DNA of 57,081 nucleotides, the filler included, from Catajapyx aquilonaris (taxonomy: Eukaryota), in NCBI GenBank assembly GCA_000934665.2. It is 3 parts of 3 records of this genome, joined end to end, with 100 filler letters (N's around TTAATTAATTAA, not from the genome) between each part and the next. Parts side by side here need not be neighbours in the genome. Positions count along the whole stretch, not along the records: positions 38,133 to 57,081 come from JYFJ02006564.1; 2 more parts are not named here. One strand, written 5' to 3'. The translations under genes and the position numbers were made by a program. A model generated the notes under the pieces. It worked only from the letters and a program-made list of their open reading frames with translations, did no database searches and was not told the origin of the DNA. Below are positions 46,476 through 57,081 of the stretch, piece after piece (the first letter of the stretch is position 1; every line of letters starts with the position of its first letter).

Positions 46476-49400
46476 TGTAAAGGACAATACACGTATACGT
46501 GCATATCAAACCCTCTGAAATCATTCTATTCTGATTCGGATCGTTCTGCATTTCAGACCTCCATATGCTAAGTGCCCAAATTAACTGTATAGTTGCTATT
46601 GTTTAACTGCAGTAGCGACATCCGCCTGTTTGCCATTCCAGAGAGCAGGAAACCAAAAGCAACAATCAACTAGAGTCCAGAAAACTATTTACCCTGACTG
46701 TATACTCTATACACTATGTCAAACAGCACGTATGGCTTAGTACAATAGATCCAGCAAACACAGCTATTATTCCCCGTTTCACATGCAACCAGTTCGCACA
46801 GTTTCTCTCATTAAACTGACAAAACGGAATAGCACAAAATAAACATGGGAACGAAGGGGAGCAAGGAGGGAAGGAACAAAAAGGTCGAGTTCCTCTATAT
46901 TTTTTTTTATTTGCCTCACGTTCATCTCGGGGTAATTATATTTGCTCAGCATCCACTTCTGAGACGCCTTTCCTGGGTCAATATCGCTGCTATTCATGGC
47001 GGAAGCAAGTTGTTAATAGGCTCCCTATCGAGTTTCCCAGTGGAGAAGGGCTACATCAATACTCGATGCGATCAAGTCACCACCCTACCAATTCCAGGTA
47101 GAGTCCGTCAAATTGCGACAAAAAGCTCTTAGTTAAAAAATTCAGCTCTTACAAGAGCAGCCCAATCCGGAAAGACAAAAACACACGTGACATGGTCAGA
47201 GACCAGCCGGAAAATACGGTCGCTCTCCAGTAACCAATTTCAACCCGGACTTTCTGGAACTCAATGAAAGGGAAGTAAAGTCTAGGGGGGTCCCCCTCGT
47301 CAGTTTCATTCCACACTACGAGCGATTTGCCAGCCAATAAAATCCTTCTACGCAGTAGCAGTAAACAAGACGCATATAATTTTTTTCTTGGGGAAAGGGG
47401 GGGGGGGGATGAACCATAACAGTTTGTTCTTTTTATGTATCGTGACCTGCAATCAGCATGAATGAGGGGAGCTTCTGAAGTAATCCAGAAGCCCAAAATG
47501 AAAGTTGGGGGTAAAGGGTGGAATAGGATGACAAGTCATCCATTTAAGAGAGGATGAAAGTGTAGGGTTGGGAAGGACCGATAGAGGGCAGGGTAGGGGG
47601 GTTGGTATTCCAATGACGCGGCGGTAAAATCGAGCTGCCAAAATTACGGTCCAATTTAACGCTTTAGGGTACTGGCGGAGGGAGAGAAAGAAAAAAAAAC
47701 TTAGGGCGCTGCCAAAATACGGGCTGTAACATACAACAAAGACCCTTTATGTGCTTGGCATACGCCCTGCTGCGATTCCTAGTGGCCTATTACAGTAGTT
47801 GGCACCGGTCATAAATTGTCCCCCAAGGAAAGTGGGGAGAAGCGGGGAGGGATGTCTACAGAAAAGAGGCTGTCGGATCACCTCCAACTACAGATTAAGT
47901 CAACTGGCTTGGAAATAGTGACACTTTTTTTTTGGTTGCATTTCCGCATTTCCAATATTAGTGGACTACTCAGCCATTTATATATGGTTTCTGTTAACGA
48001 TTTTTCTCGACTGGCTATCTGATACCCTTGACCCCTTGGCCCCTCGCATGCTCTACCCAATTCCCCCACCCCCAATACACATATCTTCTCCCTCATTTGC
48101 GTGTTCAAAGCGTGTCTGCGCCAATTTACTGTCACTCCTTCCCCTCCGTTTTTCAAACTGAACATGGCTCCTGTCTCAGAAATTAGACCCACTCGGAATA
48201 TTCAGTAACATGTGTTTGTAAAACACGGTTTAGTGGCTGACGTCAGCTTTTTAATGGAAGTATTTGATAATGCCAATATTGCATAACCGGCTGCGGTATT
48301 TTCTTCCATGATGTAAAACGTTATTGCCCTTCAATTCCCTTGCGATAGCAACTCCCAAACACCAACAATGCACACAGTATGTTGTGCACTCCCTTGGCGA
48401 TATAATCAAGGAGTGTTTACTTCACCATAACTACACAGTCATAGCAAATTTATATTACCTATGTATATAGACCTTGCAGAGTTTACCTGAACTATAAAAA
48501 AAGGCTGTAATTCGCTAGCAAACTTTCCATCCTCCATAGGAGTCCAATGTTCAGCTTTTAAAAATAAAATCCTGCCCTAGCTTGCATCCCGAGGCCTAAT
48601 CAACAAATAATGGCCAGTTTGTAAAAATATCTCCTCTCCAAACACAAAATTAAAAAATGGAAACCACATCCCTAGTGACTTGCAAAAAAGAAAAAAGAAA
48701 AAATCCCCCACAATTAATACCCGCGGCCAAATATCTGTTGTACGGCCAACTTTTGACAAACATCCGCACGCTCTAAAACTGTCTGCTAGTAACGCACAAC
48801 TTTAGAGCCCAAGGCAAGCCAGATGGGGGATTATTATAAATGGAAGCAACATTGCAGATTAAGCTCCGTAATGAATTCAACGTAAGCAACGGCGGCAAAG
48901 CGGATGAATAGACGCTGACTTTGAGCAGGCCATTTTGTCATTAGAGGTAGGTGGGATCCTAGTTTCCGACGCGCGGATATTGGAAACTCATCCAGTGACC
49001 TAATTGGTGTATTGCAAAAGACTACAAGGGTTACCACAAAGTTGTTGAATCAGATGTCACTTGTCATTGAAACTGCCTATGGGAGCTTGGGACGTCACTG
49101 GCTGGTTTGTGGCATAATTTTACAAGTATATTTAAAAGTGTGTATCGGAAATGGTGCAATGAATAGCCTAAAGTACATAGGCGTCATTCCTGGCGTCACA
49201 GTATTTGCATTTTTTTCATACTGCCACATGAGGGGAGCAATATTTCAAAGGGATTTTAGTTACACCCTGTCGAGGGGTTTGCAAGAGACTGAAAGGTTAG
49301 ACACTGTAATGCAGTACGTTGAATACCGTACCGGTCTACTGCAATACCACAGGAAATGCGAGGGTTCAGCCTGTCAAGTAGACTATTGCAATGCAGGAAA

Positions 49401-52400
49401 GGTACATTGGTTCCATACTGGCCAGGATAAATCCAAGGCCACTTCCACTCCGAGACTAAAATACTGCAGACTTTTTCCACCTTGACACGCCGAGGAATGG
49501 TACGAAGTTTCCCAGGCAGCGATGAATCTCTTTCCAAGACACGTTATCAAAGTACAATTTTTAAAGATGTCGAAAACGTTTTTTTCTGCTCAAACTACAG
49601 GCCTAGAGGGTTTTACCATGAAGAGGGTAACTTTTTTCCCAGGTAGTTAGTTTCTCGCTCAACTGATACATTATTTTCTATCCAAGGTCTTCTCTTCCAC
49701 CCAAAAATACACCAGTTTTTATGCTCCCTTCCAAACACAACCGTACAAATGTATGGTAGTTGTGTGTTTCTGCATGAACTGTAATGTAATTCATTTCAGT
49801 CATTGCGCAAGAGTAAGAAATTCTTTTCCGTTTCACAACCATACCCTATAAAATGCAACAATCCATTTACAAATATTATTCCACCGTAATTGACTGTCAC
49901 ATCCACTTCCTTTGCACTGACTGACTTATAACATACAACTCCTATAGAAATTTCCGAACGAGAAATTGTGCGTGAATAAGAGCTCTTTATGTCCGTTGTA
50001 GATATTCAACAGTCTGCTCGACGTGCCAGTCACTTTTGGAAGGCAGGCCAGGCCGCCCGCTGTAAATCCTATAATGCATCGGAATGAAACAATTCGACAG
50101 TTACAATAGCCCCAACCTCACCACGTTTACGCCCATTCAGTCCTAGAACAATGCAACTCATTTGCCGTCACGCCGTGTATTTCAGTCACAAAGAGGCTTC
50201 ATTCCGAAATAAACGAGCCTCAGGAAAAAGAAATGGAGAAAAAGTTGCATCGGACAATAAGTGAATTCCACTCCTTTCAAGTGGTGAGGTGTGTAGTGGG
50301 GGGGGGGGGGTTGCAATTGGTTAGGGCAAAAATGCGGGTCACGAAACGGCTTCGGGATGGAATGAACTGTTAGGTTGAACACCTCCAACACTTTTCACAT
50401 AAGGCAGTCATAATAAAGAAATCCGGGAAGCCGGTATTCAACATTTATGACTTGCTTGGAGTTATGGAATGCAATGAAACATGAATCTCCCGAGAGAGAG
50501 GAGGAGGAGAAGGAGAAGGAGAGAGAAGGAGAGGAGAAAGGGAAAAAGAAAGTGTTTCTGGGAAAACGAGAAAATATGAAGGAAGCCAAGAGCCTTCCGG
50601 CCCGCTGGCATATACACCAGCAGCTACTTGGAAAGAAAAAAAAAATAGGGAGGGGGGGAAGGAAGGAGCCGAGTTTTGCTTCTTTGAAAAATCAGAGCCT
50701 CTTCCACATTGTTGGACCCTGATGCAATTTTGCTTCCCGGCACGGTTTCCAAAGATTTATTGTGCCGGAGATGGGGAAAAACGTAGCGTAGCGGCTGTAG
50801 CTACAGGTAAAAAAGTCGGGTATAACCCGGCTTGCTATGGAGTAGGCTGATCCAACGCTTTGATCGTGTCCACCCGATTGTGATGCTTACTCCTGGATAG
50901 GTAACTAGAGCCAAAAAGAGAGTAGGCCATCGTTTGTTAGCGTTTCAAATGTCATCAACACGTGAGATTGTTGATTCTGCCTCACACGGTGCAGGAGAGC
51001 CCACAATTTTGCCAATTACTTTCCACACTCCTGGAATATCAGACAAATTCTAACCGAAGAAATTCTGGCAGTTTTACCCAAGGATATTGTTATTGTTACC
51101 TAAGCCACAATGTTATCGTAATCTATATTATTAAAATCCGACTGTCATGGAAGCTCCTCCCGCACCGTCCGACCTACAACTTTGGGTGTGATGTCAAAAT
51201 TTTGCCCGTATTTTCTATATTTGCAAACCACTTTTGTTTTTTGAAAACGGTGTCGAGGGACTTTGTAAAACTTTTAAAAAACGCAAAAAAAAACCCGACC
51301 GCGGCCTTTCCACGGAATTCCCATTTCCGCCATTCCGGACGCGGGCGCCACCTCCTGGGTGGCGACTCGCTTACTTCTGCATTTCACTTAACTTCAGTAC
51401 CATGCTTCACCTTCGGATGTCGTTTCGATGCTGCTGCCTCGTGCAGGTCTCTCTCTCTCTCTCCGTTAATTTTGGCAAGTTGGTGCCTAGTTTGTGTATA
51501 AAACCTCGAAAACTAGTCTACATTTTCCTACAAGTGCAGTGAAGCCCTTGACCCGAATCATATCACGGCCTAAAGCGATCAAATATACTATTTGAATGTT
51601 ATCTCTTAGATAACATCAGACATCCTACCAACAAAAAAGGAAAATCGATCATAATATCAAATTTTTAACCACCGTGCTTATATACCTGCCGATTTTCCCA
51701 GGGTCCCCCAGCCACACCCAAGTTAACGTGACTCTAAATACACCTCTGTAACTCCCCACTTCTTAGGCCATGATAATAATGCGATCTTCAGATGCGCCCT
51801 GACGTGACAAGTTTGACGTTCAACAGACACAACTCAGGGGGAGCCCCCTATAATGATCTTGTTTGTTTGGACGTGATCTTGGCTACTGCGTTTTTCGGGG
51901 CTGCCAATTTCTGTGTGTTGCTGGCCAATGCATGCCACACACACATCCTTCCCCTTCACGTGTGCTACACCCTAATTAAACCTTGCATGCTAGCGTGCTA
52001 GTTTGCCAGGAGGAAGAAGGGAGAAAGGAAGAAAAAAAAACTGTATATATAGACACCGACTATGGAGTTTGAACCCTCCTTTCGTGACTACTTTGGACCA
52101 GAGTCTCTGCACATTCCACTCCATCAGTCTCCTTTAGGGAAGTTTGACAACGACATTACCCCTTTACCTTCTTTTCTTAACCTGCTAAGCTTACAGGGTG
52201 ATGCAAAGTACTTTTTCAGTTCATATATATTTGTGGGAATATTTGTACGAGCAAATTCGAGGCGAATTGGGTTCAGGACGTTAAAAAAGGTGAGTTATAC
52301 TACTGAAAGTGACAAAACCCACTCCTTGAGGCATTTATAATGGCCATCGTGCTCAATTAATCTTCCAACCGCGCGTCGCCCCACGCTAACTGGAAAATCG

Positions 52401-55400
52401 ACAAGTGATTGGTCCTACATGCACCTTTTGTCGCCGTCTTTCCTGGGTTCACCGAAGGAGTTTTAAGGAATTGGTTTTAGAAGGCGCGCAGGAGGTTAGG
52501 GGAGGAGAGCTGTGGCTGAGGGAGAGGAGAAGGGGGTGAACATTATACCCCGCCCCGTTCCACTCAATATCCTCGCCTTTTTGCGTGAGATACAGTATAA
52601 TCTTTCGACCCGCCGTGTTTGTTTCTCATGCTGTGTTCATGTGAGGGTGAGCCCCTCATGATTTCTTGGAAGGAAAGGGGCGGGAGTGGCTTGTACGTGT
52701 TCATCGAACCTTTTTAGCTGGAGGATTGACACGTTTTGTGTGCCCTTTTTTTTTGCTTAACAATATATGGCGTCATTAGGGTTGCAAAATGATCTTGTCT
52801 GATTTTATACGTGTGACAGCCATGACAAAACATGTGACGCACGGTATCATTTAACAATGAGAGGACAAATGCACGTGCAGGAAATGCGGAAGCTTTAAAG
52901 GCACTGGCAAGAAAAATTGATACTGGTCGCATATACTGATAGTATCAATAGCCAAATCTGGTTCATTACACTTCGAAATGGCTCTTTTGTCGATAACATC
53001 TACGATCTTTTCCAACATGATTTTTTTGTTCCTTTGAATACCAAACACAATGGGGTTTGTGCGTTCAAATTTTTGTATACTCTTCTAGCATTGCCACTAC
53101 ACAAAATTGTTTTGGTAGGGTTTTGCTCACACAATAAGATAAATTAGATATGGCTCCGAAATTGTTTAAAAAATCGGACATCTTGTAATGGCAGTTCACT
53201 TTTGTTGTATCACTATTTTGTGCATCGCTTCATGTCAGTAGAAACCACACACTTAATTATCAAATACAGAGGCACAACCGTAGAAACAGAGACGATTTTT
53301 CAGCGATTAGCCCTTTCTAAAGTTACCACTCATTCCACTGAATATTTTACAATATAAAAGTGGGACAAAATCACGAATTATAGATAGGCGTTTAACTGTT
53401 TAAAAGGTAACCAAAGGTGCCAAAGGCGCCTGCGGGCTGCTAAGTACGAGCGTGTTCGAGGCCCATGCACTAAATACTTCAGTCGCTAAATCCCCTGAAC
53501 ATATCCTGTTGATATACCCAAGCCATACATAACTATATCAGAATTTGCTCAAGCTTATTTTAGATTAACCGAGTCTGGAAAATTATTTTTCGCACCGGAT
53601 ACAGCAGATTATTTACCACCTCCACCTCGCCATATAAAAGATAAGCAATAACTCTCAGCAATTCCACCCTGTACCACCCTATATTCGCCAAATAGCTGCC
53701 CTTGCCTCGGATTGGCCAGGAAAAACAAGTAATGTGACGCCAGCATGCCTTCGCGTGCTAACTTCCACAGCTACATTAAATTACAAATTTCTTTCCTGAT
53801 GCTGCAACGTTGTTGAAATTCCACCACCTGTGCAAATGCACCTGCGATAAGGTGAGTAAATCCGGAGAGCTTTCGATGCAAATCTTACATGCATCAACCG
53901 ACATGCCCTAGATCGTGTTGTAAAAATCCCTGTTTCAAACTTTTTCGTTCAGGTCCTATGCCTAGCCTAAAATCCATCACTGTCACCATACGTTTCGATA
54001 ATTCCTCTCCTACATGTATGTAACAAGAAAAAGAAGGAAAAAAAAACTTCATTTAGGTTGTGGAATAGAAAAAAAAGGCCTGCCTTACTGGAGGATTATT
54101 AATGCAAAATCAATACCTGTCAAGTGGGTGGAAAAATAAAGTTTTCGAGCATCGATTACTCAAACCAGAAATCAGAACTTTTGCAGGGAGACATTTTTTT
54201 ATTTGCCTTACAAGGCTACAAAAATTCATCAATTTTTGATTGACAAGTATTTAAAACTTGCTAAAAAGTCGTCTAAAAGGGACGAATAAGGTGTTCAATC
54301 AACGACCTAAATGCACTTTCAAAGTTATGTTCCCCACATATTATTTCCAAATGCAAAAGAATTTTTGTAAGACCAATTTGGCGGTTTTGAGTTTTGTAAA
54401 CCACCAAAGCCCGGTTGTATGAACATGAGATAAGGTTAACTACTAAGTCACTTGTTGTTTACATCCAGTCCAGACGTATCCTGATACTATGCAACCATAC
54501 GGACACCAGTGTTTTGATGGTTGCATAGTTCCAGGATAAGTCTGGTAACGGTAATAAGGTTACACTCGTGCAAATCTCAAGACAGATTCTTTATATGTGT
54601 CCTTTCCTGTACTGTGCACTGTGCTCTACATTATTCATCGATTAATTACCTTTGGATGCATGAACCTTATTCGCATCGGCGTCGTCCAGGGAAATTATAT
54701 TTTACCACTAGGGAGCCTCACTTCAATTAACAATATTTACACGAGTAGGATTAATAGAGCCGGAGGGGGAGGGGGGAGCGAACTCGACCGCTTTTAATCC
54801 CGAGCACATTATAATAATTGAAGTATAAATTACAAATTAATTGCAACCTAGCCAGCATTCCACTTTGGGAAAATAGTCTTCGGGAGGGCAAAGAGTCATC
54901 GTTTTGGGAGGGACAAGGACATGAATTTGGGTTGAATACGCACGCTTGTGTCACATGCTCACGTGACAAACTACAGTTGGGACAATCTCCTAGATTAGAT
55001 TATGCATACTTCATTTCCCGACTGCCTCGTCATATAATTGTTATCGATCCAGTGTGCGGGGTGTACCGAGACCCATTACTGGCGAATTACCCGCAAAAAC
55101 CGGCCAAACCATAGCACTCGACCGTGAGTCCCTGTTCTACTCCTATAAAGTAACACCGTGGTGAAAACTGTTGCTATGATGCTGGATATAGGAACAGTAG
55201 CACTATATGAAAAATGCAGTCAGCTTATTACGGATAAATGGAGGTAGTAATGCAATTCATGATTAAATTACCAATGCCCAACGTGTCAAGGTGGTGAACC
55301 CAAAAAAGGCCATATTACACTGTAGTAATACTGTATCATTTATACTACACAATCATGGGAGATGCAGTTTTTTTTACAGCATCCACTGAAAACAAATGTT

Positions 55401-56147
55401 AATAAGCCCATATCGGCCATACATTCTGCTAATACCATAGGATACACAGTTGCACAGTAACATTCGTATATCTCAATGATACCTGTCATTTGGACGCTCC
55501 GTGTCAGTCCTACTACGTGCTCAGGACACAATACATTTCGTCGCGCACCACGTAGTACCCGTGATCGATCCTGTATACTGTAACGCGCACAGGGGAGATA
55601 GCGCCTTTACTTCTTCAGCACCCACGGGGAGCCGGACGACAAAAGAAATGAAGACAGATACGAAGATACGTAACTCGGTCCACTTCACAAGACAAAGTAG
55701 AAGGCAGTAATAGCCCGAGAGGGCCACCCTAATTTTCGCTCACTTTAGCAAAAAAAAGCCTCGAATTGATCGAAACTCTTGGATTTGTCCCCCTTTCCTC
55801 CATATGGTTCACCTCGGAGCTCCCCCCCAGTCTGGGCCAAAGTGCCCCCCCCCCCCCCNCCCCCCCCCCGATTTTCTGGACCCGAGGCATTAATACTCTG
55901 CGGCCTCTTATTTGTCACCGGAGAGGAAAGGTGAAATGAGGCTTGAAATTTTCGGCAGGGTGAGTGTGAATCTTTCTCTCCCGGCTTGTTTCCGACCGCG
56001 TGCTTTCGACTCGCATCGGGAAAACGGCCAAACGGGTCAAAACTTGGGCGTCGAACCGACCTCCTTTGCCCAATTCCTGGATAAATTATTCTCGAGCTTC
56101 TTCTCTTACTCCTGGTGCTGTATAACTGGGTAAGGTTTTATCATGTA

Positions 56148-56752
56148 CTATGGGGCTCAAATTCTTGTGGCCACTTTATCCTGGTCTTGAAGCAACCCTT
56201 CGCACAGGACCCACGGTGGGGAAGTATATATTCAGGTCTCGCATAGGGTCTGGGGTCCAAGGTTGGTGTTTTGACTGTAGCTCTGGGGACAGTCTCCATA
56301 TTGTGGGGACATTTCGCGTCCCCACAGCAAAAACGCCTGGTGGGGTACTGCTTCAGAGGGGACATGTCCCCACAATTCCGTTATGTAGGGTTATACAAAA
56401 GTCCATTTTTCTCAGCCTAGGATAGGTAGGGTAGGCTAGGGTAGGGTAGGCTAGGGTAGGGTAGGGTAGGCTAGGTTAGGCTAGGTATGGTTAGGTATGG
56501 TTAGGGTAGGTTAGGTTAGGTATGGTTAGGGTAGGTTAGGTATGGTTAGGGTTGGTTTGGTTAGGGTTGGTTAGGTTAGGTATGGTTAGGGTTGGTTAGG
56601 TTAGGTATAGTTAGGTTAGGTTAGATCAGTTTACACTCGCTTCGAAAATGTGTGTTTTTCTTGCCCCCACAGCCTATTGGATACCTGATTGGGTGTGTGA
56701 AGGGTTGCTTCAAGACCAGGATAAAGTGGCCAAAAGAATTTGAGCCCCATAG
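56148..56752. mobile_element. TA-flanked MITE, long form carrying a TTAGG-like tandem array
   Basis: Same TIR as 38807-38954 with about 450 bp of extra internal sequence. Confidence 0.85.
56418..56624 (+). repeat. Degenerate pentamer array (GTAGG/CTAGG/TTAGG/TATGG/GTTGG)
   Basis: About 40 units directly visible. Confidence 0.92.
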
Positions 56753-57081
56753 ATAGTATATGTTTTGTAATATTTAACGAGCGATTTTGTGACATTCCAA
56801 GCTGTTCATTTGTACAATTTTTTCATGGAAAAGCAATAAAAAGGTACTAACAGTTGCAAGTTCACTCCATACACTCACTCCAAAAAAAAATGCGGGTATG
56901 CACCATTTCCCAGCACTTCTCCCCCTACCCTCCACCCATCCACAGAACTTTGTAACTCATCTTCCCGAGCGGCAGGGCCTGAACTCAAAATCGCCAAAAG
57001 GGACGCGAGCACCCGAGTGCAAATTCGTGTCGTCAAACGCGAGCTTGTGCCCGGAAGGGAGACTCCGGAAAACCCCCTACC

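Noticed and set aside
38273..51542. Longer ORFs in block 3 (38273, 43383, 49012, 50447, 50962 and others)
   Set aside because: Low-complexity or random-looking translations, often with non-ATG starts, and no consistent splice structure or known motifs.
56418..56624. True telomere
   Set aside because: Array is short, degenerate and enclosed within TIRs, with unique sequence beyond.
19068..57081. Conserved arthropod miRNAs (let-7, miR-10, iab-4, miR-7, miR-92, miR-275, miR-277)
   Set aside because: By-eye scan found only short seed-length matches without full mature sequence or hairpin; a formal search was not possible.

Overview
Eukaryotic (arthropod-like, ~40% GC) genomic DNA made of three ~19-kb blocks (1-18967, 19068-38032, 38133-57081) joined by identical artificial 100-bp spacers (44N-TTAATTAATTAA-44N), so adjacency across spacers cannot be trusted. 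Block 1 holds the last three coding exons of a STYX pseudophosphatase (+ strand, HGNAGISRS motif). By my annotation roughly 80% of this block is nested transposon-derived sequence: Tc1/mariner, pogo/Tigger, piggyBac-like, PIF/Harbinger, hAT, Kolobok-like, Ginger-like, Helitron-like elements and tRNA-derived SINEs. Block 2 is ~12 kb of TE-poor, CpG-rich non-coding DNA followed by the CpG-depleted 3' end of a KIAA0513-like gene (- strand, last three coding exons). Block 3 has no coding exon I can recognise, only a few MITEs and simple repeats. I found no convincing new protein-coding system. The notable signals are structural: a large inverted repeat whose arms supply each other's empty insertion sites, palindromic mariners built from two 3' ends, a piggyBac-like family with non-TTAA targets, a Helitron-like element carrying a promoter-like motif array, and a sharp CpG/TE-density contrast. 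All alignments were done by eye; family assignments rest on terminal and TSD signatures, not database searches.
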